Positions 1 through 10,157 are shown, numbered from the stretch's first letter. The stretch is DNA of 64,000 nt from an uncultured Clostridia bacterium (GCA_944391745.1 CALXUS010000007.1:9939-73938); one strand, 5' to 3'. Numbers and translations are program-made. Notes: generated by a model not told the origin, from the letters alone.

Positions 1-24
1 ATGTTAAATCATAAAGGGGATTAT

Positions 25-990
25 TTATATAATTTCCAGTTGTTCCATGGCAAGTTTATATTTTAAATAAAATATATCTTTATCTTCCAATCCTATTCCT
101 CTTTTTAATTCTTCTAATAAAATATAAGATTTTTCTAAAGTAGTCTTTTCTATATCTGTTACATTTTCTAAATTCATATTTTTAGACAATTCATTTATTG
201 CATTAGTTACACTATTATTCATTGATTCCCAATCTTCATTATTTGCAGATACATAAGCACTCAAAATATTAGCTTTAGCATTATATACATTAATCATTTG
301 ATCATCATTAGTAAAATTAGACAAATATCTTGGTAATAATATATATAAATTATATAAATTTATAAGTGCACTATTTTTATCTTGTACTTTTACTGCTTGT
401 GCTAAACCATCTAAAGTAGAGCTAAAATTAGCTATATCATTTTTATTTAAATTAAGTGCTTCCATGTCTAAATTTATACTTGGCCAAGAAGTATATAAAG
501 TTTCAACTCCATAAGAAATTTCATCCCAAGAAATATCATCATAATTAGAATTTAATAAAGAATCCACCTGAGCCAACCTAGAAGTTCTAGATTCACTTTG
601 TTCACTACTTTGATTAGTTTCATTTGTGCTTTCTTGCCCACCACTTGAAGAACTTTCTTGATTACTTTGTTGATTACCACCTGAATTACTTTCCCCACTA
701 TTTTCACTAGATACACTTTGATTACTTTCACTTGGATTATTTTGTTCACTCTCATTTACTTCTTTAATTGTAACTTGATATCTAGTATAGGAAATATTAT
801 TTAATTTGTTCATCATTTCAATTATTGATGAATCTAAATATTTTATTTCGCCTTGCACTTTTTCAGTTAAAATTGCATATTCTTCACTTTCATTATTATT
901 AAAAAATCTAACATAAATTAATACACCTAATAAAATAAAACATATAATTATTAATACAGTTAATAAATACTTACTAATTTGATTTTTCAT
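25..990 (-). CDS. Hypothetical membrane-anchored protein with Ser/Asn/Glu/Gln-rich low-complexity linker
   Basis: 321-aa ORF. N-terminal hydrophobic helix (YLLTVLIIICFILLGVLIYV), a ~70-aa S/N/E/Q-rich tract, then a non-repetitive C-terminal half. No family recognised. Confidence 0.55.
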   Translation of the reverse strand: MKNQISKYLLTVLIIICFILLGVLIYVRFFNNNESEEYAILTEKVQGEIKYLDSSIIEMMNKLNNISYTRYQVTIKEVNESEQNNPSESNQSVSSENSGESNSGGNQQSNQESSSSGGQESTNETNQSSEQSESRTSRLAQVDSLLNSNYDDISWDEISYGVETLYTSWPSINLDMEALNLNKNDIANFSSTLDGLAQAVKVQDKNSALINLYNLYILLPRYLSNFTNDDQMINVYNAKANILSAYVSANNEDWESMNNSVTNAINELSKNMNLENVTDIEKTTLEKSYILLEELKRGIGLEDKDIFYLKYKLAMEQLEII

Positions 991-1012
991 AATTTACTTT
1001 CCCTTCAATTCA

Positions 1013-1049
1013 CAAAAAAATACCTCGCTTTTAGTATTTTACGCGAGGT
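1013..1049 (-). terminator. Intrinsic terminator after gpsA
   Basis: Stem ACCTCGC / GCGAGGT (1022-1028 / 1043-1049). On the minus strand it is followed by a U-run (A-run 1014-1020 on plus). Confidence 0.65.
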
Positions 1050-1090
1050 TAAAATTTATTCAATTTTCTTTATAAATAAAACTTTAAATA

Positions 1091-2083
1091 TTATTCATTT
1101 TCAAATTTTACATTTCTAGTCATTAACATAGTAACAGCATCTTTTGGTTTTAAATTATTATATAAAACATCATAAGCAGCATTTACTATAGGCATTTCTA
1201 CTCCATATTTTTCTGAAAGTTTTTTTGCAACATCTATATTTTCTACACTTTCTATAGTCATACCTATCTCTTTTTTAGCTTCTTCAACAGTTTTTCCTTT
1301 ACCTATTAATCTACCAGCTCTTCTATTTCTGCTTTCATCACTTGAACAAGTTAGAAATAAATCTCCCAAACCTGAAAGGCCAAAAAATGTTTCTTTACTA
1401 GCTCCCATTTTTACTCCAAGTCTTGTAATTTCTGCTAATCCTCTTGTAATAAGAGCTGCCTGAGCATTTGTACCTAAATTCAATTCGGCACTTATACCAG
1501 CACAAAATGCAATAATATTTTTTAGCGCTCCACCTATTTCAACACCTACAACATCTTTAGATTTATATATTCTCATATAATTATTCATCAATAATTTTGA
1601 TACATTATCTAATACATCATCATATTTTGAGGCTAATATTATTGCAGTTGGAATATGATTTATCACTTCCGTTGCATAACTTGGACCAGAAAAGGCAGCT
1701 ACTTTTACTGTAGGTAATTCTTCAACTAATACTTCGTCCAAAGTTTTTAAAGTAGAATTTTCTAATCCTTTAGAACATATAATAACTGGTGTATCATTTA
1801 CATATTCTTTATAGTCATTAAATACTTTTCTAGTCACTTTTGATGGAGTTACATGAAAAATATAATCCGCACCTTTTACTACCTCAACTACATCATTTGA
1901 ACAATATATTTTATCATTTAAAGTTACATCTGGAATAAATTTGCATTTATGTTCATTATTAATTAAATTCTTTTCCTCTTCTGTAAAAGACCATACTTTT
2001 ACATTATTCCCCATTTCTGCTAAATGATTGCTAAGGGCCATTCCCCAACTTCCACTACCTATAACAGCTATGTTTTTACTCAT
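1091..2083 (-). CDS. gpsA: NAD(P)H-dependent glycerol-3-phosphate dehydrogenase
   Basis: 330 aa. N-terminal Rossmann motif IAVIGSGSWG, conserved GALKN and downstream GpsA-like blocks. AGGAGG RBS. Sits in the conserved der-plsY-gpsA order. Confidence 0.93.
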   Translation of the reverse strand: MSKNIAVIGSGSWGMALSNHLAEMGNNVKVWSFTEEEKNLINNEHKCKFIPDVTLNDKIYCSNDVVEVVKGADYIFHVTPSKVTRKVFNDYKEYVNDTPVIICSKGLENSTLKTLDEVLVEELPTVKVAAFSGPSYATEVINHIPTAIILASKYDDVLDNVSKLLMNNYMRIYKSKDVVGVEIGGALKNIIAFCAGISAELNLGTNAQAALITRGLAEITRLGVKMGASKETFFGLSGLGDLFLTCSSDESRNRRAGRLIGKGKTVEEAKKEIGMTIESVENIDVAKKLSEKYGVEMPIVNAAYDVLYNNLKPKDAVTMLMTRNVKFENE

Positions 2084-2108
2084 TTGATTACCTCCTAAAA
2101 CAATTATA

Positions 2109-2270
2109 AAATTGCTATTACATTTGTTAATTAGTGATATATTAATAATTTTGTAAACCTTGCTGCTCGAAGTCTAAATAAGACTTCTCGAAACTCCGCG
2201 GTATTACAAAATTATAATATATCACTAGTATAAAAGTAAATTTTGTTTTAAAAATGTAATAGCAATTTTT
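2109..2270. repeat. ~160-nt composite inverted repeat (three nested helices) in the plsY-gpsA intergenic region
   Basis: The outer 17-bp arms are perfect: AAATTGCTATTACATTT (2109-2125) / AAATGTAATAGCAATTT (2254-2270). The middle ~25-bp arms are 2130-2155 / 2203-2227 with one bulge. The inner hairpin is CGAAGTCT-AAATA-AGACTTC(T)CG within a GC-richer core. Confidence 0.7.
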
Positions 2271-2275
2271 TTAAG

Positions 2276-2923
2276 TTATTTTTTAAATATTAATTTATTT
2301 TCTTTTCCTGTAGCCATTCTTTGTATATTAGATCTATGATTAAATATAACAATAAGAGCCATAATTATTCCAAATATCAAATAACTTATTCTTGTAGAAT
2401 CATCTCCTACTAAAAAGTTATTGGTTATAAAAAAGCATAATACTGGAAATAAGATTGCTGCGGCTATAGAACCTAGTGCAACAATTCTTGTTATTGCCAT
2501 CAATATTAAGGCAAATACAAGACAAATTAAACCAATTTGCCAATTTGTAACTAATAAAACTCCTAATGAAGTAGCAACTCCTTTTCCACCTTTAAATCCA
2601 AAAAATATTGGAAATGTATGTCCTAGTACAACAAAAACACCTGCTATTTGAATTAAGAATGCTCCTGACTGTACATCTGCATTAGCTATTTTTCCCATTA
2701 AAAAAGCAAAAACGACTGCAATAACTCCTTTAAGTATATCACATATAAGAGTTAAAATTGCTGGTTTTTTTCCAGCTGTTCTAAGCACATTTGTGCTTCC
2801 AGCATTTCCACTTCCTTTTTTTCTTACATCAAAACCTGCAATTTTTTTTGTAAAAATAATTGAAAAACTTATACTACCTAATAAATATGCAATAATTGCT
2901 GTTAAAATACAAGCCCAAATCAT
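2276..2923 (-). CDS. plsY: Glycerol-3-phosphate acyltransferase PlsY
   Basis: 215-aa polytopic protein with PlsY-type motifs GSGNAGSTN and FKGGKGVAT. Adjacent to der and gpsA. Confidence 0.92.
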   Translation of the reverse strand: MIWACILTAIIAYLLGSISFSIIFTKKIAGFDVRKKGSGNAGSTNVLRTAGKKPAILTLICDILKGVIAVVFAFLMGKIANADVQSGAFLIQIAGVFVVLGHTFPIFFGFKGGKGVATSLGVLLVTNWQIGLICLVFALILMAITRIVALGSIAAAILFPVLCFFITNNFLVGDDSTRISYLIFGIIMALIVIFNHRSNIQRMATGKENKLIFKK

Positions 2924-2924
2924 A

Positions 2925-4247
2925 TTATTTATCCTCCCTCTCTCTTACTAAAATTCTTATAGGCGTACCTTTAAAACTAAATTCTTGTCTCAATTTATTA
3001 ACTATATACCTTTCATAAGAAAAATGAAATAATTTTTTATCATTAACAAATACGGCAAAAGTTGGTGGCTTTGTACTTACTTGTGTCATATAAAGAACTT
3101 TTAATCTTTTTCCTTTATCTGTAGGTGGCTGTACTATTGCAACCGCTTCTGCTAATAATTCATTTAATACAGATGTAGAAATTCTCATAGAATTATTATT
3201 TGAAACTTCATTAATCAATTCAAATAATTTTTCTACTCTTTGACCAGTTTTTGCAGAAATAAATATAATAGGAGCATAAGATAAGTAAGCTAATTTATTA
3301 TATACATCTTTTGTATATTTTTCTAATGTTCCATTTTCTTTATTATATTCATCCCACTTATTTATAGCAATTATAACTGCTTTACCAGCTTCATGAGCTT
3401 TCCCTGCTATTTTTGTATCTTGGTCTGTTACTCCTTCATTAGCATCTATCATCAATATACAAACATCTGCTCTTTCTATTGCTAAGTTTGTCCTTAACAC
3501 ACTATACTTTTCAATATTTTCTTCTATTTTAGAATGTCTTCTTAATCCTGCAGTATCAATAAAAATATATTTTCCATGATTATTTTCAAATTTTGAATCT
3601 ATACTATCTCTAGTTGTTCCAGCAATATTGCTAACAATACTTCTATTCTCTCCTAATATTTTATTAACTAATGATGATTTTCCTACATTAGGTTTTCCAA
3701 TTACTGCTACTTTTATATAATCACTTTCTTCATCTTCATCATCTTTTTCTGGAAGATTTTCATATATTGCATCTAATACATCTCCTATACCTTTAGCATG
3801 AGAAGATGAAATTGGATAAGGTTTACCTAGTCCTAAATTATAGAATTCATAAGTATCATTTTCTAATTTTCTAAAATCATCAACTTTATTACATACAAGA
3901 ACTATAGGCTTTTTTGATTTTTTTAGCATAAGTGCAATATCTCTATCTGCAGGTGTAATTCCAGTTGTAACATCTGTCATAAAAACAATTACATTTGCAA
4001 CATCTATAGCAAGCTCAGCTTGAATTCTCATTTGTGAAGCTATGACATCCTCTGATTTTTCTTCAATTCCACCTGTATCAATTATTGTAAAATCTTTACC
4101 TCTCCAGTTTGTTTCACCATATATTCTATCCCTTGTAACTCCTGGCGTATCTTCTACAATTGCTAATCTTTGACCAACTAAGTAATTAAAAAAAGTTGAT
4201 TTTCCTACATTAGGTTTTCCTATTATTGCTACTGTACCTTTAGACAT
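2925..4247 (-). CDS. der: Ribosome-associated GTPase Der/EngA
   Basis: 440 aa with two tandem GTPase domains, each carrying a GKPNVGKS P-loop, DTGG/DTAG and NKxD motifs, plus a C-terminal KH-like domain. Confidence 0.95.
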   Translation of the reverse strand: MSKGTVAIIGKPNVGKSTFFNYLVGQRLAIVEDTPGVTRDRIYGETNWRGKDFTIIDTGGIEEKSEDVIASQMRIQAELAIDVANVIVFMTDVTTGITPADRDIALMLKKSKKPIVLVCNKVDDFRKLENDTYEFYNLGLGKPYPISSSHAKGIGDVLDAIYENLPEKDDEDEESDYIKVAVIGKPNVGKSSLVNKILGENRSIVSNIAGTTRDSIDSKFENNHGKYIFIDTAGLRRHSKIEENIEKYSVLRTNLAIERADVCILMIDANEGVTDQDTKIAGKAHEAGKAVIIAINKWDEYNKENGTLEKYTKDVYNKLAYLSYAPIIFISAKTGQRVEKLFELINEVSNNNSMRISTSVLNELLAEAVAIVQPPTDKGKRLKVLYMTQVSTKPPTFAVFVNDKKLFHFSYERYIVNKLRQEFSFKGTPIRILVREREDK

Positions 4248-4383
4248 TTTGCTATCCTTTCTAAAATTATGATTGTATAAATTTAAACTTTCGGTCTAAA
4301 TCCCATTTTACAGTATTATTTTACTATATATTACAAAAAATATCAAGAAAATTTAATCTTAAGATTATATTAATATTTGTAAT

Positions 4384-6111
4384 CTATTTTCTATTTACAA
4401 ACTTTTTTATTACAAATATTCCCAATAGAATGCATACACTAAGTATTGAAATTGCATAAGCTATTTTCATAAGAATAGTTCCTGTGTATTTTACATTTAT
4501 GGTTATATTATTATTAGGTACATTAACACATACAAATCCATTATCTGATTCATAATTGTCTATTTTATGAACATCACCAGAATCATCAACATATTCAACA
4601 TTGTAGCCAATATAATAAATATAAGGCAATTCAACTTGCAATTCTTTAGCATCATTTTCTGAAGATTCTATGTGAAAACTACAATTTGTGCCATTTTTAT
4701 TAAAATCTTTAATTTCAATGTTATTAGCATTTAAAATAATTGGTAAATTACTTCTTTCTTCAATATATTTTCTATTTTTAAAAGCCTTACTAGGTAAATA
4801 CTCAAAACTTGCACAACCGGCATGCACTCTTCCAGTAGAACTAGTAACTCTTATACCATTTATTAAATCTTCTTCTGAAATATAACTACCATACTCTAAT
4901 CCACTTAAATTTGGAATTAAGGTCAACACAGAAATACATAATAAGCATAATGTAGTATAAATATTATATTTTTCAAAATTAATTCCAATAGCAGTTGATG
5001 CTATAACAATCAAAAAGAATCCTCCAAATTCTAACATTCTAAATGAGAATTGCATCATAGTAAAAATACTTGGAAGCTTTTCAAAAGGAAAGCAATTCAA
5101 AGTCATTATTACAGATATAATTCCTACTATAAGAAAAAATAAATAATTTTTTAAGTCTTTTACTTTTCTAAAAGTAAAAAAGCTTAAAACTACACCCACA
5201 ATTGTTACAAAGCCTAATCCATAAAACATTCTTCCAGGCTCATATATTAACAACTCTATAGGATTAACTTTTAACATTTCCATTACATCCCATCTTATCA
5301 TGTGATTTTCATTAAACACTTCATAATCAGCAGAAAGTTTGCTTTCTAACAAAGGTATCCAATAAAAAGATGTAATTAGCACAATTATAGCTGCATTTAT
5401 TAAAAGATTAATAATTACTTTTTTATTAATTTCTTTATAATTAACAATTAAATAAATTATGCAAAATATAACTAAATATATAGTTAACAAACTATGTGTT
5501 AAAAGCATACCTACACTACCAATAGTAAGTAGATAGCTTTTTTCTTTCAAATTTACTATACTATATAAACCATTAAATACTAATGGTATAAAAATAAAAG
5601 AAGTTAGTTCTGGAACAGCCACTCTTACATACATATCATTTAATCTATAAGGAAATAGTAAATATAATATACTTGCCAAAATAGCAATCGCTTCTATTTT
5701 TTTATCTGAAAATTTACCTTTTAAGAATTTTTTCATAAAAAAATACATTGCATAACCGCTAACAAAATTCACTAATAAAATAAATAGTCTTAAACACATT
5801 TCATAAGAACTAGTAAATATTCTAAATATTAATGGTAAATAGCTAGTTAGTGGACTATAAAACAGATTCCATGAATATCCAAATTCATTACAGAAATTAG
5901 ACATAATAACTGGCATCAGTTGTCCTTCCTCAATAGATTGCTCTGTTCCTATTAATCTACAAATATGTTGAATTCCGTCATCAATTTGTATGTTTGAATC
6001 CAAGAAAAGTAATGGTATAGACATAATTAAACTAGTTAATATGATAAATATACTTGCTATAAATAATTTCGATGCAATTATTTTTTTAAGATTACCTTTT
6101 ATCTTCTCCAT
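4384..6111 (-). CDS. Polytopic membrane protein, possible GT-C-type glycosyltransferase (paralog 1)
   Basis: 575 aa with more than 10 hydrophobic helices, a C-terminal soluble beta-rich region and a terminal TM helix. Clear paralog of 6092..7831, e.g. FGYSWNLFYSPLTSYLPL vs FGYALNLFYGPLTTYIPI. The family assignment is from memory only. Confidence 0.6.
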   Translation of the reverse strand: MEKIKGNLKKIIASKLFIASIFIILTSLIMSIPLLFLDSNIQIDDGIQHICRLIGTEQSIEEGQLMPVIMSNFCNEFGYSWNLFYSPLTSYLPLIFRIFTSSYEMCLRLFILLVNFVSGYAMYFFMKKFLKGKFSDKKIEAIAILASILYLLFPYRLNDMYVRVAVPELTSFIFIPLVFNGLYSIVNLKEKSYLLTIGSVGMLLTHSLLTIYLVIFCIIYLIVNYKEINKKVIINLLINAAIIVLITSFYWIPLLESKLSADYEVFNENHMIRWDVMEMLKVNPIELLIYEPGRMFYGLGFVTIVGVVLSFFTFRKVKDLKNYLFFLIVGIISVIMTLNCFPFEKLPSIFTMMQFSFRMLEFGGFFLIVIASTAIGINFEKYNIYTTLCLLCISVLTLIPNLSGLEYGSYISEEDLINGIRVTSSTGRVHAGCASFEYLPSKAFKNRKYIEERSNLPIILNANNIEIKDFNKNGTNCSFHIESSENDAKELQVELPYIYYIGYNVEYVDDSGDVHKIDNYESDNGFVCVNVPNNNITINVKYTGTILMKIAYAISILSVCILLGIFVIKKFVNRK

Positions 6112-7831
6112 TTTTAATTACTCTTCTACCCTTTCTATAAATATAAATTATAAGTATTACTACTCCTATTAAAGAAGCCAAATAAGATATTTTTTCAATT
6201 AATGTCAATTCATATTTAACTTTAATTGTAACACTTGCACTTTCATTAACACTAATAGCTAATAAGCCATTTTCTGATTCAAAAGTGTTTACTTTTTCAA
6301 AATCTTTATTATCATAAGATACTTCAACACTATAACATAAATAGTAAATATAAGGTAATTCAAGTATAGTTCCATCACTTGTATTTTCTATAATTAGTTT
6401 ATCTTGAAGTTTATCTTTTTCCTCTGAAACTATATTCCCTTTGCCATGTAATATATAAGTTCTATCTTCTCTTTCATCAATATAATCCAAATTATAAAAA
6501 GCTTTTATCGGTAAATACTCTCTATTAATACTATATACATATATTCTATCATTATCTAAAACATAATCTTCTAATTTTTCTTCATTTTCTAATTTGCCTA
6601 CATTATAATTTCTCATAACTCCTAAAAAAGAAAAGGTGCAAATAGAAATTACTACAGCAAACAAAAATGTATCCTTTAAATTAACATTTTTTATAATATT
6701 TTCAGCTAAAGTTATAGCATTAATTCCACAAACCAATGAAATAAAAAATGCAAAAAATCCCAAATTTCTCCAAGCAAATTGTATGACTCCTAAAGTATCG
6801 GGTAAAATAAACCAAGGAAAATATTTTGTAGACATCCATAAGGCTATAATAGCTAAAAATGCAAAATTTAAATAAATATTCTTATATTCACTTTTAATTT
6901 TTTTATAACAAATTATACTTAATAAAATTAAAACTAATGTTACTATTCCAATAGAAAATCTAACATCTTGATTTCCAATTTCATTGTCAAATAATTCTTG
7001 TAAACCAATTGCCGAATCATAAACATCATTACTTGTAGTATTCATAAGCCCTTTGTCAAAAATAGCATAGTCTACTGAGAAAAAATGTTCTAGTAACGGA
7101 ATAGCAAAAAAACAGCAAATTAAAAATGCTATAAAAATATTTATAATAAATTTTTTCCATATTTTCCATTTTTTTAGTTTGGAAAAGTTTAATAATAAAT
7201 ATAAAATTGCAAATAGTGCTGTATATACAGTAGTAATAGTATGAGATAATACTAGTCCAACCACACCAATACAAAGCCAAAAATCATTTTTTTCTTCATT
7301 AAGTATATTATAAATTCCTAAAAATACAATTGGTATAAAAATAAATGCAGTATATTCGCCTACCGCTGCTCTATCATATATATTAGATAATTTATAAGGT
7401 ATAGAAATATAAATTAATGCCGTAATAGTTGAAATATTTCTTCTTCCACTAACTTTAAAAGCAAATTTATACATAGCTATTCCAGATAAAAATACTGTAA
7501 TAAAAGTAAACACTTTTAAAGCTAATCCAACTTTTCCTAATATATTAAATAAAGTAATAGGAATATAGGTAGTAAGCGGTCCATAAAATAAATTTAAAGC
7601 ATATCCAAAGCCATTCATAAATTCGACATCTATTATAGGTGGAATGTTCCCCTCTTTTATCGAACAGTCAATACCTAAAATTCTAGATAAATGAATTTTA
7701 TAATCATTATTTCTTGTTAAATCCATAGTAAAAATTGGAGCCATAATAATAATTGTTAAAAACAAAATTAAAATATAACATAAATACTTACTTTTTATAA
7801 ACTTTTGTATTAATTGATTAATTTTCTTCAT
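6092..7831 (-). CDS. Polytopic membrane protein, possible GT-C-type glycosyltransferase (paralog 2)
   Basis: 579 aa with the same architecture as 4384..6111. Its stop overlaps the downstream paralog's start by 20 nt. Confidence 0.6.
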   Translation of the reverse strand: MKKINQLIQKFIKSKYLCYILILFLTIIIMAPIFTMDLTRNNDYKIHLSRILGIDCSIKEGNIPPIIDVEFMNGFGYALNLFYGPLTTYIPITLFNILGKVGLALKVFTFITVFLSGIAMYKFAFKVSGRRNISTITALIYISIPYKLSNIYDRAAVGEYTAFIFIPIVFLGIYNILNEEKNDFWLCIGVVGLVLSHTITTVYTALFAILYLLLNFSKLKKWKIWKKFIINIFIAFLICCFFAIPLLEHFFSVDYAIFDKGLMNTTSNDVYDSAIGLQELFDNEIGNQDVRFSIGIVTLVLILLSIICYKKIKSEYKNIYLNFAFLAIIALWMSTKYFPWFILPDTLGVIQFAWRNLGFFAFFISLVCGINAITLAENIIKNVNLKDTFLFAVVISICTFSFLGVMRNYNVGKLENEEKLEDYVLDNDRIYVYSINREYLPIKAFYNLDYIDEREDRTYILHGKGNIVSEEKDKLQDKLIIENTSDGTILELPYIYYLCYSVEVSYDNKDFEKVNTFESENGLLAISVNESASVTIKVKYELTLIEKISYLASLIGVVILIIYIYRKGRRVIKNGEDKR

Positions 7832-7868
7832 TAGTCAAAGCCTTTCTATTTTTCTGATTATATTAAAA

Positions 7869-7900
7869 TAAAAAAAAATAATCAACTATTTGTTGATTAT
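7869..7900 (-). terminator. Intrinsic terminator
   Basis: Stem ATAATCAAC / GTTGATTAT (7878-7886 / 7892-7900), followed on the minus strand by a U8 run (A-run 7871-7878). Confidence 0.6.
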
Positions 7901-7903
7901 TAA

Positions 7904-8200
7904 TTAATTATTTGTTGTATTTAAAGGAATAATTGTTAATGTATTTGTGGTAGTATTCTCTGTTGTTTCATTTTCTGATACTACATTGCTAGAATTTTCT
8001 GCATTTACTTCTACAGTGTTAGTCGTCTCTGTTGAATTTTCTTCTACTGCATTATTTGTAACTAAGTCCTGTACATATTGAGCAGATGCTTGCAATTCAT
8101 TTTTAAAAGAATTTCTTTGAACTAATTTTAATGTTATATCAAACAAACATGCAATTACTAAAATTATAAAAAGTATTTTTTTCCAAAGCTTTCCCGCCAT
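7904..8200 (-). CDS. Small membrane-anchored protein with Asn/Thr/Glu-rich tail
   Basis: 98-aa ORF with an N-terminal TM helix (ILFIILVIACLFDITL), a low-complexity N/T/E tail and a terminator directly downstream. Confidence 0.45.
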   Translation of the reverse strand: MAGKLWKKILFIILVIACLFDITLKLVQRNSFKNELQASAQYVQDLVTNNAVEENSTETTNTVEVNAENSSNVVSENETTENTTTNTLTIIPLNTTNN

Positions 8201-8320
8201 TTTTTATTTCCTTTCTAGGATTATTTCTCTTAATAACTATACTATATATTATAATTAAATTCATAAAAAAAGTCAATATGGGAATAATACATATTAATAT
8301 ACAAAATAAGGAGAGTAAAA

Positions 8321-8986
8321 ATGAAGAAAACTATTATTTTGTTAGGTGTAATGGCTTTAATAGCAACAATAAGTGTTGTTCTTTTTATTTTTTATGATAG
8401 TAATACAACTAGTGAAGATATTGCAGAAAATAATGACGAATATATAATTAATAATACAATAAATGAAATAAACAATTCATCTATACCTGATAATAGTATT
8501 ATTATGTCAAGACAAGTACAGCACACTCCTGTAGAAACTGAAATAGCTAGTTTTTCAACAACACTAAGTGGTGATAGTGCCAGATTAAATAATATAAATA
8601 TTACTTGTAATACATTAAACGGAACAATAATAAATCCAGGTGATACTTTTTCCTTCAATTCTGTAGTAGGTCAGCCCACTGCTGAAAAAGGTTACCAAGA
8701 AGCTGATGTTTTCGTTAATAAAAAAACCGAAAAAGGTTATGGTGGAGGTAATTGTCAAGTAAGTACAACAATATATAATGCTGCTCTTGAAGTAAGTGGA
8801 ATAGAAGTTATTGAGAGAAATCCTCATAAGAAAAAAGTTGCCTATATAGAGGAAGGTAAAGACGCTGCTGTTTCTTATAGTGGTGGACTAGATTTAAAAC
8901 TAAAAAATAATACTGAGAACGAATTAAAATTATATGTAACCTCTGATGAAGATAGTATAGATGTAAAAATTGTAGAATTAACTTAA
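8321..8986 (+). CDS. VanW family protein
   Basis: 221 aa with an N-terminal TM anchor and a VanW-like core (GYGGGNCQVSTTIYNAALEVSG). GGAG RBS. Confidence 0.8.
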   Translation: MKKTIILLGVMALIATISVVLFIFYDSNTTSEDIAENNDEYIINNTINEINNSSIPDNSIIMSRQVQHTPVETEIASFSTTLSGDSARLNNINITCNTLNGTIINPGDTFSFNSVVGQPTAEKGYQEADVFVNKKTEKGYGGGNCQVSTTIYNAALEVSGIEVIERNPHKKKVAYIEEGKDAAVSYSGGLDLKLKNNTENELKLYVTSDEDSIDVKIVELT

Positions 8987-8991
8987 ATTTC

Positions 8992-9033
8992 AAAAAGGGT
9001 TGGGTGCTATTTCTAGCACCCAACCCTTTTTTT
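8992..9033. terminator. Bidirectional GC-rich terminator
   Basis: 12-bp stem GGGTTGGGTGCT / AGCACCCAACCC (8997-9008 / 9015-9026), flanked by an A5 run upstream and a T7 run downstream. It lies between two convergent genes. Confidence 0.8.
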
Positions 9034-9034
9034 C

Positions 9035-9487
9035 TTACTCGCCACTTCGATTTTCTTTCAAGATAAAATAGGCTTGAATCAACACAGAAGAAGCTAAACA
9101 GATGATGGAGACAATTTTATAAACCATCTTTTCCCGAACAATGGCTCCCTGTTCTTTGATAACCACCTCTAAGGGATAAAATGGAGTACTAATAGTCCAT
9201 TCATTTGATGTTTTATCTTGTGAAATTTTGTATTGTACAGTATTCGTTCCAGATGAAGCACTCCCAGTTTCAGAATTTCTTTGAGCCGACTCTACTTGAG
9301 TTTCTCTAATCAGCCCATCTGTACTAAATCCGCTGCTCTCCAAAACTGATGAAGCCGATTGTGCTTCTCCTACAATGGAAATCATTCGTGCTACCTCTTC
9401 ATCGGAAATTTCCATTGCTGAGATAAATGTTATTATCACAACCGCACTGACCATGATAATAGACATGACTTGCAAGAACTTTTTCAT
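9035..9487 (-). CDS. Orphan protein of GC-elevated cassette A (N- and C-terminal TM helices)
   Basis: 150-aa ORF with hydrophobic segments at both ends and a Ser/Thr/Glu-rich middle. Three hand-counted 100-nt samples give 34, 34 and 43% G+C, against ~25-28% in the flanks. No family recognised. Confidence 0.55.
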   Translation of the reverse strand: MKKFLQVMSIIMVSAVVIITFISAMEISDEEVARMISIVGEAQSASSVLESSGFSTDGLIRETQVESAQRNSETGSASSGTNTVQYKISQDKTSNEWTISTPFYPLEVVIKEQGAIVREKMVYKIVSIICLASSVLIQAYFILKENRSGE

Positions 9488-9657
9488 AAATTTCTACCTC
9501 TTTTCTTTTGTTTTATGCCCTACAGAGCATATATTAAATACGAACGAAGCTATATTAATTATATCATCTTTTTATGTTAATTACAAGCTAAATCCCTATA
9601 TTAAGCAATTTGCTGTGTATTGTCTTACTCAAAGCACAATTATTTTTGTACAATTTA

Positions 9658-9686
9658 TTGTATTATTTAATAATTTGTGATATAAT
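9658..9686 (+). promoter_or_regulatory. Putative sigma-A promoter for 9723..10157
   Basis: TTGTAT (9658-9663), 17-nt spacer, then TG-extended TATAAT (9681-9686), about 37 nt upstream of the GGAGG RBS. Confidence 0.4.
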
Positions 9687-9722
9687 TAAATTTGCTCTTT
9701 GAAAATTTTGGAGGTGAATGGC

Positions 9723-10157
9723 ATGAACTTTACCGAAGCACAAACCAACAGGAGTTTGCAAGAACTCCTTACAACACCAGGAACTTTTATTCAACTTGGG
9801 AAACTCAGAGAAATAAAACTTGAATCTGGATTAACTATCAAAGTAATTCCGGAGTTTTACTTCGTAAATTGCGAAATGGAAGTTTTTGATTCACATTTAG
9901 AGTTTTTCTGCCAGGTTTCAAAAGATGGTTTCATTTCTTTTAAAACACCCCATAATCAAAACAAAGAAATGGAATCTTTCGTGAAAGAGAAAGATATCGA
10001 TGCAATTCAAGTGAACGCGAATCTGATTTTACTTTGGAAAAAAGGTAAGGCTACAAAGCTTTCCTATTATGCCATGAAGAGTAGGTTTTTCAGAGACGTC
10101 GATACTCACGATGATGTAGAATATTTCTCCCAGGTAGTTCCATCAAACATTATGTAA
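9723..10157 (+). CDS. Orphan cytoplasmic protein of GC-elevated cassette A
   Basis: The ORF track starts at 9699, but ATG 9723 sits 8 nt after GGAGG (9710-9714), giving 144 aa. A hand-counted 100-nt sample gives 38% G+C. No TM helix and no recognised motif. Confidence 0.6.
   Translation: MNFTEAQTNRSLQELLTTPGTFIQLGKLREIKLESGLTIKVIPEFYFVNCEMEVFDSHLEFFCQVSKDGFISFKTPHNQNKEMESFVKEKDIDAIQVNANLILLWKKGKATKLSYYAMKSRFFRDVDTHDDVEYFSQVVPSNIM

Noticed and set aside
552-755. Same-strand alternative-frame ORFs inside larger genes (552..755, 7056..7280, 49481..49666)
   Set aside because: They are nested in longer ORFs with better coding character. Their repetitive K/V/I or Y/F/I-rich translations reflect frame-shifted low-complexity DNA.
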